In this document: piece after piece, positions 1-12,385 of the stretch | Numbering within the stretch: position 1 is the first letter of the stretch | How the letters are laid out: every line of letters starts with the position of its first letter | NCBI RefSeq assembly: GCF_009914755.1 | Contig: NC_060938.1 | Source of the DNA: the human T2T-CHM13v2.0 reference genome, Homo sapiens | Strand: one strand, 5' to 3' | Length of the DNA: 64,000 bases | The notes under the pieces: model-generated | The model's input: the letters and a program-made list of their open reading frames with translations, nothing else | Told to the model about the DNA's origin: nothing | The model's database searches: none | Program-made: the position numbers and the translations under genes

Positions 1-654
1 TTCTTTTTTCTTTTGTCTCCTCTGTGTAGTTTCAAATGGCCTGTATTCAAGCTCACTAATTCTTTCTTCTGCTTAATCAGTTCTGCTGTTAAAGGACTTT
101 GATGCACTCTTTAGTATGCCAATTATATTTTTAAGCTTTAGAATTTCTTGTTGCTTCTTTTTTAGTTACTTAATTCTCTTTGTTAAATTTATCTGATAGA
201 AGTCTGAATTTCTTCTCTGTCTTGTCTTGAATTTATTCTTGAGTTTATTCAACACAGCTATTTTGTATTCTTTGTCTCAGTGGCCACATATCTCTGTTTT
301 TCCAGGTTTGGACCCTGGTGCCTTATTTAGTTCATGTGGTGAGGTCATGTTTTCCTGGGTTGTCTTGATACTTGCAGATGTTCATCTGTGTCTGGGCATT
401 AAAGTGTTATGTATTTCCTGTAGTCTTTGCAGTCTGTGCTCATTTGTACTCATCCTTCTTGGGAAGGCTTTCCAAATATTATGAAAGGACCTGAGTGTTA
501 TAAGCTTTAGCGGGCATCCCAAGCCCAGTAACGCTGAGATTCTTGCAGACTTGTAAAGGTACCACCTTGATAATCTTATACAAGATCCTAAAGAATTCTC
601 TGGATTATCAAGCAGGCTATTGTTGTCCTCCCTTCCTTTCTCCCAAAAAAAATG

Positions 655-765
655 AGTCTTCTCTCATTCTCTCTCTCTCTCCCCGCTGCCCCTCTCCCCA
701 CTCTCTCTCTCTCTCCCTCTCTCTCTCTCTCCTCCCCTCCCCCCGCTCTCTCCCCCCTCTCTCTC
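655..765 (+). repeat. CT-rich low-complexity/(CT)n microsatellite inside the L1 5' region
   Basis: Runs of ctct/cccc seen directly. Confidence 0.9.
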
Positions 766-1095
766 CTTGAGCTACCTGGAGCTGATGGTGGTGTAGCACA
801 AGCACCCTTGTGGCCACCATCTCTAGGACTGCACTGGATCAGGCCTGAAGCCAGCACAATATTGGGTCTTGCTCAAGTCCTGCTGTAACCACTTTCTGGC
901 TACCATCTATGCCCGCTCCCGCTCCCGCTCCCTCTCCCTCTCCCTCTCCCTCCTTGAGCTACCTGGAGCTGGTGGTGGTGTAGCACAAGCACCCTTGTGG
1001 CCACCATCTCTAGGACTGCACTGGATCAGGCCTGAAACCAGCACAACACTGGGTCTTGCTCAAGTCCTGCTAGAACCACTTTCTGGCTACCATCT
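763..1095. repeat. Direct duplication of ~146 bp (763-908 and 950-1095, period 187)
   Basis: ctccttgagctacctggagctg…ctggctaccatct occurs twice with 6 mismatches; spacer is (CCCGCT)3(CCCTCT)n. Confidence 0.95.
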
Positions 1096-2644
1096 GTGTT
1101 CACTCAAAGTCCTGCAGCTCTACAATCAGCAGGTTACAAAGCCAACAGGGCCTATTTTCTTCCCGTCAGGGCAGCAAGTTCCCCCAGGCCCTAGGTGAGT
1201 CCATAGGTGCCATCCAGGAGCCAGGGACTGAAGTAAAGTCCTTAGATGTCCACCTAGTGTTCTCTTGTAGTATGGCTGAGCTTGCCCTCAAACCGCATGA
1301 CATAGTCCTTTGCACTTTTCCCTTCACATTCCAAAAGCAGAGGAGCCTAACCCCATGGCAACCACCATCTCAGGCTTATGGCGAGTACTGCCATTCTACC
1401 TCAGATATTTCCTTAAGGCCCAAAGGCTCTTCTATCAGTCTGTGGTGAATGCTGCCTGGTCTTGAACTCACCCTTCAGGGGAGTGGTATACCCTCTGGCC
1501 CAGGGCATGTCCCAGAATGTCATCCAAGAGGCAGTTCCTGGAAATCCCAAGAGCCTACTTGATGCTCAACCCCCTGTGGCCAAGTTGGTACCCGAGTTGC
1601 AAGACAAAGTCCCTTTCACTTTTCCTTCTGCTTTTCTCAAGCAGAAGGAGTTTTGCCCCATAGCCACCACAGGTGGGAATGTGCAGAATCTCACCTGATG
1701 CCAGCAAGTCTCACCATCTCACCCAAGCCCTTGATACCTGGGTATCACTGCTCATTATTCAGTGCCCAAGGGCTCTTTAGTTTGCAGTTGATGAATCCTG
1801 CCAGGACTGGATCCTTCCCTACAAGGCTGTGGGTTCCCTTCTGGTCCAGGGTGTATCTAGAAGTGTCCAGGAGCTAGGGCCTAGAACGAGGACCTCATGA
1901 CTCTGACCAGTGCCCTATCCTGCTCTGGCTGAGCTGGTATCCCAGCTCCAAGACAAAGTCGTCCTCACACTTTGTCTCCTCTCCTCAAGTGGATGGAAGT
2001 GTCTCTTTTGGAGCCACAAGCTGTGCATCCTGGGGTTAGGGGAGGGGTGATGTCAGTACTCCCTTAGATGGTGTCTCAGTAGGTCGCTTCCCTCTCCACC
2101 CCCAGTCCACTGTCAGTGGACCCTGTTCAGCCCTAGGACTCACCTAATTATTGCAGTCCTTGTGGCCTCAACTGCCTTTGAAGTTTATTTGCTGCCCCAG
2201 AGCACTTTAGTGCCAGATGGTGAAGCTTTCAGGAACTCAAGTTCTGATTGCTAGGATCAGCAGTTCCCCTATGGCTAGGGATGGTCAGCTGAGTTTTATC
2301 CAGTTTCGCTTTCTGCTATAACAAGGGCAACACCGAGTTCAGTGCCTCAAAATTGCCTGCTGTCCTTCTCCCCAGGGCACAGAAATGCTGTCTGCACCAC
2401 ACCTCCACTGCCACGGGATAGGACAGGGGTCCTGTTGACTATTCAAAACTTTTTCTATGTCTTCAATGCCTCTTTTAGCAATATGAAGTTAAAACCAGGT
2501 ACTATGAGTGCTCACCTGAGTTTGAGTTTTACGAAGGTACTTTTTTTGTGTAGATAGTTGTTAAATTGGTGTACTTGCAGGGGGTGGCGGAGGCAACAAT
2601 TGGTGGAGCTTTTTGTTCCACCATCTCACTCCACCCCTCTCTTC

Positions 2645-3185
2645 AGTAATTGCCTTTTTATTCGTATCTTTCTTGAATTTGAGGAAATTCTTAGACATTA
2701 TTTTTGGTTATTACTTCTTCCTATTCTATCTTCTCTTTCTGGAATCCAATTATACTATATTTTTGAGTGTGTCCCACATGTTTTGTGGCTTTTTATATTT
2801 TTCCTCTTTCTTTTTTCTTGTTGTTTACTTTCTCTGCATCAGTTTGTGGAGGTTTTTTTATTGTTGTTGATCTGTCTTTGAGTTTAGTATTCCTATGTTT
2901 TGTAGTGTTTCTCCCTTTTACCTGTGTTTGCATTATTTACCCCTGATGAACTTTGTAATTTCCCTTCTATTATGTCCATTAAACTTTTTTAGATTCCAAT
3001 GCTGTGGTGATATTCTGTACCATTTCATCCATTTTGTTAATTTTTTTTCTATTTTCTTGAACATATTAATCATAGTTTACTTGAAAGTTCTTGGCTGTAA
3101 ACTTTCAATGCATCTCTTTTGGGGGTTTTTTTTGTTCTGTTTTTTCCTCTCAATTTTGGGTTCTACTTTCTGGCAAATCAAGTAA
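2645..3185 (-). mobile_element. Ancient L1M ORF1-region fragment, antisense
   Basis: T-rich degenerate sequence resembling antisense L1M ORF1 (gaggaaattcttagacattatt…tctctttctggaatccaattat). Confidence 0.5.
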
Positions 3186-4084
3186 TTTTTAATAATTTTA
3201 TGTTATATGTAAAAGACTCATATTGGCCATAGGTGACTTAATCATAGAACATTCCTCCTTCTTCTGTAGGCAGAAAGTGTGAGAAATCAATTACTACAAT
3301 CCCATCAGGAATTGAGCTGGATTACAGCTGGGCTACGAACATGGTGGGTTTTCCATTCCCTCAGTCATGAAAGACACTAGGAGGTTTAGCTCTAATATTC
3401 ATAGGCTGCAGCCCAGCTCTCTTGTCTCCAGCCTAACCAATATAGCCTCAAAAACTAGCAAATACTTTGACAGGAAATAGGCATTGTACTTTGGTCAGAC
3501 TTACTTCCCTAGCAAGTCTTTGTTTTTCAATTATTATGAACAATGCAAAAGATTTCATTTTGCCTTTCATAAGCTTTTTGTCTAGCTTTGCATGCTTCTG
3601 TATACCACCAGAATCTACAATTGCTCCAAGGAGAAAAACATCCATGAGCTTGGGTTTATTCAAATTTTTAAGTTTAAATGTTTTAAGAGGTTTCTGGCTA
3701 ATTCTTCCTTAGCAGAGGTTGTCTGCCTAGTAAAATTAACAGTCAGCCTATGTCCAAAATCAACAAATACACACAGTGGGGGTGGCTTGGTAGGAAAAGC
3801 TGGACATTATCCGTTTTACTCTGGAAAGTTTCCTCCTCTTTGGAATTTTATTTCACTTAATCATTATTATTTCTGCAATTATCTGATATCTTTAAAAGCA
3901 GCATTTTTATAATTATGTGATGTTTTCCACTTGTTACAGTAAAAGTATTACCCTGCTGTGACATTTTGCATCCTACCCAGAAACAGAACTCCTGTATTAT
4001 ATTTTTTAACTGATTATTGCTAGGATTAAATAAAAAAGATACTTCTGTTTAAATCTCTTTGATTCTGGTTTGTGTAATGCTCTG

Positions 4085-6580
4085 TGTGTCAGGCACTGTT
4101 GTAATTGCTTTAAAATTACTAACTCATTTTAATTCTCTGTATTAGTCTGTTTCACGCTGCTGATAAAGACATACCTCAGACTGGGCAATTTACAAAAGAA
4201 ATAAGTTTGTTGGACTTACAGTTCCCCATGGCTGGGGAGGCCTCACAATCATGGTGGACAGCAAGGAGGAGCAAGTCACATCTTACATGGATGGCGGCAG
4301 GCAAAGAGGGAGCTTATGCAGGGAAACTCCCCTTTCTAAAACCATCAGATCTCATGAGACTTACTCACTATTGCTAGAATAGCAAGGGAAAAACCTGCCC
4401 CCATGATTCAGTTACTTCCCACCAGGTCCCTCCCACAACATGGGGGAATTCAAGATGAAATTTGGGTGGGGATACAATCAAACCATATCATTTCACCCCT
4501 GGCCCCTCCCAAATCTCATACCCTCACATTTCATACCCAATCATGCCTTCTCAACAGTCCCCTGAAGTCTTAACATATTTCAGCATTAGCTCAGAAATCC
4601 ACAGTCCAAAGTCTCATCCAAGACAAGTCAAGTCCCTTCTGCCTATGAGCCTGTAAAATCAGAAGCAACTTAGTTACTTCCTAGGTACAATGTGGGTACA
4701 GGTATTGGGTAAATATACACATTCCAAATGGGGAAAATTGGCCAAAAGAAAGGGACTACAGGCTCCATGCAAGTCTGAAATCCAGCAAGGCAGTCAAATC
4801 TTTAAGCTGCAGAATGAACTCCTTTGACTCTATGTCTCACAACCAGGCCACACTGATGCAAGAGGTGGGTTCCCATGGTCTTGGGCAGCTCCACTCCTGT
4901 GGCTTTGCAGGGTACAGCCTCCCTCCCAGCTGCTTTCACGGGCTGGCATTGAGTGTCTGTGGCTTTTTCAGGCACACGGTACCAGATTTCATTGGATCTA
5001 TCATTCTGGGGTCTGGAGGATGGTGGCCCTCTTCTCACAGCTCTGCTAGGCACTGCCCCAGTAGGGACCCTGTGGAGGCTCCAACCCCACATTTCTCTTC
5101 TGCACTGCCCTAGCAGAGGTTCTGCATGAGGTCCCCACCCCTACGGCAAACTTCTGCCTGGGCATCCAGGCGTTTTCATATGTCTGAAATCTAGATGGCG
5201 GTTCCCAAACCTCAATTCTTGATTTCTGTTCACTCGCAAGCTCAATACCACATGGAAGCTGCCAAAGCTTGAGGCTTGCACCCTCTGAAGCCACAGCTTG
5301 AGCTCTACGTTGTCCCCTTTCAGCCACTGCTGGAGCGGCTAAGATGCAGGGCACCAAGTCCCTAGACTGCACATAGCACAAGGACCCTGGTCCCGGCCCA
5401 TAAAACCACTTTTTCCTCTTAGTCCTCCAGACCTGTGATGGGAGGGGCTGCTGCAAAGGTCTCTGACAGTCCTTGGAGACATTTTCCCCATTTTCTTGGG
5501 GATTAACATTCGGCTCCTTGTTACTCATGCAGATTTCTGCAGCCAGCTTGAATTTCTCCTCAGAAATTCTTTTCTATTTCTTTTCTATTGCATTTTCTTT
5601 TCTATTGCATTGTCAGGCTGCAAATTTTCCAAACTTTTACACTCTGCTTCCCTTATAAAACTGAATGCCTTTAACAGCACCCAAGTCACCCATTGAATGC
5701 TTTGTTGCTTAGAAATTTCTTCCACCAGCTATCCTAAATCATCTCTCTCAAGTTCAAAGTTATTGAACTCTCTAGGGCAGAGTCAAAATGCTGCCAGTCT
5801 CTTTGCAAAAACATAACAAGAGTCACCTTTGCTCCAGTTCCCAAGAAGTTCCTCATCTCCATCTGAGACTGCCTCATCCTGGACTTTATTGTCCATATTG
5901 CTATCAGCATTTTGGGCAAAGCCATTCCACAAGTCTTTAGGAAGTTCCAAACTTTCCCACATTTTTCTGTCTTCTTTTTAGCCCTCCAAATTGTTCCAAC
6001 CCCTACCTGTTACCCAGTTCCAAAGTTCCTTTCACATTTTTGGGTATCTACAGCAGTGCCCCACTCTACTGGTACCAATTTACTGAATTAGTCTGTTTTC
6101 ACACTATTGATAAAGACATACCCGAGACTCGGCAATTTACAAAAACATTAAAAAAAGAGAGACGTTTATTGGACTTACAGTTTCACATGGCTGGGAGGCC
6201 TCACAATCATGGTGGAAGGCAAGGAAGAGCAAGTCACATCTTACGTAGATGGCAGCAGGCAAAGAGAGAGTTTGTGCAGGGAAGATTCCCTTTTTACATC
6301 AGATCTCGTGAGACTTATTCACTATCACAAGAACAGCACAGGAAAATCCTGCCCCCATGATTCAATTACCTCCCACCAGGTCCCTCCCACAACATGGGGG
6401 AATTCAAGATGAGATTTGGGTGGGGACACAGCCAAACCATATCATCCTCATAACAAACATATGCAGTAGGTATAATTATTGTCTCTATTTCATAAGTGAG
6501 AAAAATGAGACACAGTTAAATGACTTGCTAAAGGTCACACAGCAAGCAGTTGTATAGCAGATTCAAACCTACAGTCTGGG
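4085..6580. mobile_element. MIR split by the THE1 insertion (4085-4137 and 6445-6580)
   Basis: aggcactgtt…actcattttaattctc joins …ataacaaacatatgcagtagg…aaggtcacacagc…gattcaaacc, the MIR core. Confidence 0.7.
4138..6444 (-). mobile_element. Full-length THE1 (THE1A/B, ERVL-MaLR) provirus: LTR 4138-4490, internal 4491-6083, LTR 6084-6444
   Basis: Two ~355-bp LTRs reading tg(t/a)attagtc…aaaccatatca, a typical THE1-int body, and a near-perfect 5-bp TSD ttctc/tcctc. Interrupts a MIR. Confidence 0.93.
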
Positions 6581-6729
6581 TTCTTCTATAATAGTGAGAG
6601 TTAATAGTAGAATAAATACAAAGCATCATTCAGTAGATCATTCTGCGTGAATGCTATAAACTCACTAAGAATCATTTACATCAATATGTGTTACTTTCCA
6701 GTACTCCTTTTCTCTTAATAAGAATGTTG

Positions 6730-7530
6730 TTTCTGAACTTCCCAGTTACTATACCTTCCCTTCTCCCAAAGGTAATCACTATCCTGATTTCTAGCAAATG
6801 AATTATCTTTACTTCTTTTGAGCTTTATATCAACAGAAGCATTTTGGTGTCTTATGTTTTATTAAATATACAAGAATTGAGTTATCCATTCTTTTGTGGA
6901 AGGACATTTCAGTTGTTTTCAGTTTCAGGGTATTATCAATAATCGTGCAATGAGTAGTCTTGTACATGTCTTTTAGTGCACATATGTATGCATTCTTAGA
7001 TTTCCACCTAATGGACAGGATAGACATGACTTAGAACTACCAAGTTGTGGAGTATGCAAGTGAATTCTGCATGCTAGAATCTGCCTTTCTCAAATAGATG
7101 TACCAATTTATATTCTCTTCAACATTTTATGAGAACTCTATTTTGCTTCACATTCTTACTGACAGTATTGTCAATCTTTTTCCATTTTAGTCATTTTGGA
7201 ATGTAAATAGTGACAGCAAAATATGTTTTTAAGTTTTTTCATTGATTACAGGTGTTATTAAACATCTTTTCATGTCTTTATTAGCCATTGGGATCTCTTC
7301 TTTTGTGAAGTGCCTGTTTAAGTCTTTTCTACTTTTTAAGAATTAGATTACTTGTCTTTTTCTTATTTATTGGTAGGTATTTCTTATAAATTTTAGATAT
7401 GAATCCTTTGATACATGTATCATCCATTTATTCTCCTCCTCGGTTGTTTGCCTTCTTACTCTCTTAAAAGTATCTTTGCTGAACAGAAATTCCTAATTTT
7501 AATGTATTGGCTTGTCAATCTTTCAGTTAT
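6730..7530 (-). mobile_element. Ancient L1ME/MC 3' fragment
   Basis: Degenerate antisense L1 3' motifs (ggtaatcactatcctgatttct, ttagccatt…tcttcttttgtgaagtgcctgtttaagtctttt). Confidence 0.65.
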
Positions 7531-7638
7531 AGTAAATATTTGTTAAGTGAATGATCTTGAAGGAGTTCAGTGTCAGCTACAAGAGATAATCATTGTAAAA
7601 CATAAATTCTGTATCAAATTTATGTATAAAATATTTTA

Positions 7639-7922
<284 letters not shown>

Positions 7923-10231
7923 TATGTATATATTTTAGATATGTATAAAATATTTTGGAACACAGAGGAAACAGTGACCAATTCCAACCAGAGTGTCAAG
8001 GAATTCTTCATGGAGAACATGATGGGAAGGACTTCTAAAGCAAAAGAAATATGAACAAATGTACTAAATGTAAATAAGCATTGTGGTTTTCAGAAGTTCA
8101 AGTGTGGCTAAAGTCAAGGGATTATTAATTCTATTTGCAGGAAATAAGAAGGTAAGTTAGGTTGGAGTCACATTTTAAAGGAGCTGTATGTTTTGGTCGG
8201 GGGCATAGTTTCTAAAGATTTTGAAGCAAAGGAAAGACATTTTCAGATTTGTTTCAGGGGATATACTGTTCTTATCAAAATGGATTGATAAGAGACAGAG
8301 ACAGACCACTTAGTGTGCTTTATAGCAATCTAGGTGAATGATGATAAAAATAAGGCTTATGCCTGTGGCAACAGGAATGGAAAGTACTGGGGGTATATCA
8401 CAGTGGTTAATAAAACAGGCTCTGCTCCTTAATAGGATTGTGACCTTATGTGTATCTTAACCATTCAGAGTTTTCCTAAATAATAATAATAATAATAATA
8501 AAACCTACTATTGTCATTACGAATATTAAATGTTTGTAAAGTACTTAGCAAAGTACTTACATAGTAAAGGAAAACTGTGTGATATGATTCAAATAGACTT
8601 CAGAAACAAGAAATACAAAAAAGATTAATTCAGGGTTTTCACTTAGACAGCTTCTTAAGAGTCCCAGTCCCTGAGTTAAGGAATTCAAAAGAAGCAGCAT
8701 ATTTTGGGGGAATAACGACTATTAGGAGTCTCTATGGCATACAAGTAACACCATACAACTGGAAATCTATTTGCTCCTCCAATTAAATAGTGTAGTCCTT
8801 ATTTCTTATTTGTTCAGTGTTAATGATTTTCATCCCTTTTGTTTTCTCTTCTGGTACTATTCACTTAACTGAGAGTATGCTTTACTGTGTTATTCTCAGA
8901 ATAAGAGCATCCCAGAGGATTCGTGGAAGAAATGCAACACTTTCGAGTATAAACTATCAAATAGCCAGGTTTTCTCTCTACTGTATTTGATCACCTAGTC
9001 CCTTATTTTTTTTAAAGCAGAACTTAGTATTACCATTGTATAATGTGGAGTAGGTAATTTTCCTCTCAAATCAGAACATTCTGATCTGGTAAAGCTAAGA
9101 GTTCTTGGCTCTCTTTGAAAAGATAGATTAAATCTACCTGTCTTTTTGCTATTTTTTGCTGCCTATAGATCAGTGTTATATTGTTCCTCTTACTAATTAT
9201 TATATAATATATTTACACAGAAGTCTTGGCTAAAGTTCCATCAAATTATTATACTTCTTTAACCTTACTAAAATGAATTTCCTCCACTATTCTTTACATA
9301 TAAATACATGTAATTTATATAGACATATGAAGTCTATAGTAACACCTATAGTACCAGTATTTCTTTACTACTGGAAAACTAAATCATAGTGACTATTATT
9401 AAAAATTACTTGAAAACCAGACCTCTGTATTCTCCATAGGGCTAAATATTAGTAAACTAAATAATAAAACTGTTTCCAGATTTTTTTTGTTAAAGATTTT
9501 TAAAGTATTAATAGAATTTAATTAATTACATAATATATATTATCCATGTCTAATTATTTGTCTAGCTATATTCATCATGGAAAAAAATGTTCAAAGGAAA
9601 ATTGACATTATGTGTGAAACTTTGTCAAAAATATGTCATTGATGTTTGAGACAAGGTAATAAAACTATCACAGAAATTCTTCTTTTTCTTACTAATATAT
9701 AATATTAATATGAAGATGTATTCTCACATCAAATTTTGGTATATACAGAAGTCAGTAGTAATATGATTTGGCCGAGTACCTTTGCTTTCATAATAGTTTT
9801 ATAATCTTTGTGTGTGTGTATGTGTACATACAAAGAGGCACTTAATTTTTTAGTTCTTGTTATGTACCCAAATTTATATCAGATGCTTTCTGTTCTCATT
9901 TCCTTTCATTCTTCTAATGGTGGTCCATGTTTCAATAACTTGCCTATGAGCACAAAGCTAGTAAGTAGACTAAAACTGGAATGGGTACCCAAGTCTGTCT
10001 TACTCCCAAACCTATTCCTTTTCTGTTACCTCTGCTTCTACTTCCCTGCCTTACAGTCAGAAAATTTATAAAGGTAAACAGTTTGTCAATGTGAAAAACT
10101 AAAAGTAGTTTTTAAAGTATGCAGAATATTGTGCAGACTTAAAATCATTATAGTGAACTACATTTATTAATACAGATTGATTATTTATGACATATTGTCA
10201 AATTGAAAATGCAAATTAAAACATCCATGTG

Positions 10232-10430
10232 TGGAAACAATAAACCCTGGGGATTTCAGAAGCAGGGAGGAGCAGAGTAGGGACAAGGATTGAAAAACTA
10301 CCTGTTGGGTACTATGTTCATTACTTGGGCAATGAGATCATTAGAAGCCCAAACCTCAGCATCATGCAATATACCCATGTAACAAACCTGAACGTGCACT
10401 CCTGAATCTAAAAATAAAACGTAAAAAAAG
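10232..10430 (+). mobile_element. Short 5'-truncated L1 3' end (L1PA16/L1PB-like)
   Basis: gaaaaactacctgttgggtactatg…caatatacccatgtaacaaacctg…aatctaaaaataaaa. Confidence 0.88.
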
Positions 10431-10929
10431 AAAGGATTTGTCATTCTTGAAAGGACAGAAAAAAATTCATGTGTGTGTATTTTTTTATGTATGAAAATAT
10501 TTATGGAAGTATGGTCAACAAAGGTTTAAAATTGGTTGTCTAATAAAATGTTTGTGATTTTTAAATTTCCTTATACTTTTTTGTTGATTGAATTATTTTT
10601 GGTCTTTTTAGTAAGCATGTATTTTAAGAATCATAAAAATCACTTAAGACTACTCTTACATTCAGCAAAAAAAAAAAAAAGAAACAAAATATAAGAACAG
10701 GTTAAAATATAGAAAATGTATTTTTCACCAACTGTCATTTCTAGAACCTAGTTTACAATTGTATAACAGATGATACATTTAATTAAATCTCTTACATATA
10801 GTCATCCATTTTTTGCATATTGCATATTCTAGAGCAGTGAGTAAAATGGCTTGAATGCCAAACTCATGGATTTGGTACTACATTTTATTGACAAATAAAA
10901 TAATAGGTGTTTAAGCTACTTTGAGAATA

Positions 10930-11765
10930 AGCTTCATTCCAGTATAATTGAATAGCTCCTATCAGAGCTCCTATCTGTATCACAAGTAACTATTATAAAC
11001 TCTAAACCAAACAAAGAAACAATAACTATCTGAAAGCACTGGAGAGTGCTCTATAAAGTAGACAGATTCTACCATTTGGAAGAAGGCACTGGTTGATTAT
11101 CCCATTCTTAAAACTTTTAGCCTGAGAGTAGGCCCCAATCTGGCCTAACTGGCAGCTAAAACCTGCTGGCTTCTTGGCTACAAGAATGGTTTGGGAAAAC
11201 TATAGCTACATTAAAGTAAAAAGGGAAATCCTAGAAAGGAGAGAGCCAAAGAGGGGAGCCTGAAATTCTATAAATAAACTCCCTGTATTTCTGGCTGACC
11301 TCTGAGCCATGAATGAGCTGGGTAGACTACAAACAGCACAACTAGGGCTAAAGGGATTGAACTGAAATTTGAATTGCCATCCTCTGCATAGCAGAGTTTG
11401 CAGTTAGGTCTGCCGAAGTCACTGCTTACTAAAATTTAAAAAAATCAATATTATAACAAAATCCAGTGTCTATTCAACATATCACTCAGTGTCCAGCATA
11501 TAGTCTGAAATTATTTCACAAAGAAACAAGTGAACATGACCCATTCTTGCGAGAAAAGATAATCAATTGAGACTAACCCCAAGATGACCCACCTATTGTA
11601 ATTAACAGACAAAAATTCTAAAGCAGCTTCTATAATCATAATCAAGCAGTAAAGGAACATATGCTTGTAATGAGTGAAGAGATAGGAAATCTTAGCAGAA
11701 AAAAATAGAAACTATTGAACCAAATAGAAATTTAAGAAGTGAAAAAGAAAGTAGCTGAAAAGTGT
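10930..11765 (+). mobile_element. Ancient L1M 5'/ORF1 fragment
   Basis: Motifs such as gaaagcactggagagtg and gagaaaagataatcaattgagactaaccccaagatgacc, typical of L1MC/MD 5' regions. Confidence 0.6.
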
Positions 11766-12385
11766 TTTCAGGGTATCTTCTTTAAATTTAAGACCCCACC
11801 TGAGCCAGTGAAATCATTTAGTAAATATATAGCATCATTAAATAAAACTACTAATCCAGCTCTATAAAGCAGGTTGAATTGGCTTTCAAACCAACAAAAT
11901 TTATTCCTACTTATTTGTGTTTGGGAAGTTTTTACATTGTTTGCTGTTGGAACATATTAATGTATCCATGCATGTTGAAATTATATGTAGAATGAAAGGA
12001 AAATTAGAAATATTCAAGATTTTACTCTGGAAAATTATCTTTGACTACAAGAGAGAAACTGCACTGAAGATAATTATTTTAGCTTAGCATTTTTTATGGG
12101 TTATACAGTATCAATTTAATAGTAGATAGCAGAATAGCTAGTTTAAGAGTTCTATAAACTACCCTCACTGACAGTCTGATTCCTTTATATAATTTTTTTT
12201 ACTGAAGTCAAAGTTATAATATTAGGGAAAAGTACCATTTCTAATCAAATATTTATACCACGTTTAATTTTTTGTGTATGTTTTGCTAATAGTGCCTACT
12301 ATAAACTCAAATTAATAACTTTTATAATTATTTTATAGTTGAATTCAAACAAATGACAACAAAAACACTAAAAGAATGGTTTGCA

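Larger units (their letters stand above)
1..2640 (-). mobile_element. Old L1 (L1MA/L1M2-type) 5' UTR and start of ORF1, antisense; continues left out of the window
   Basis: The reverse complement of 2460-2640 (…aagctccacc…acaccaatttaacaact…atagtacctggttttaacttcat…) matches the 5' end of the + strand L1 at 56697. Bases 1-250 read as antisense ORF1. Confidence 0.8.

Noticed and set aside
911-951. SVA element suggested by CCCTCT hexamers
   Set aside because: No Alu-like, VNTR or SINE-R segment follows.
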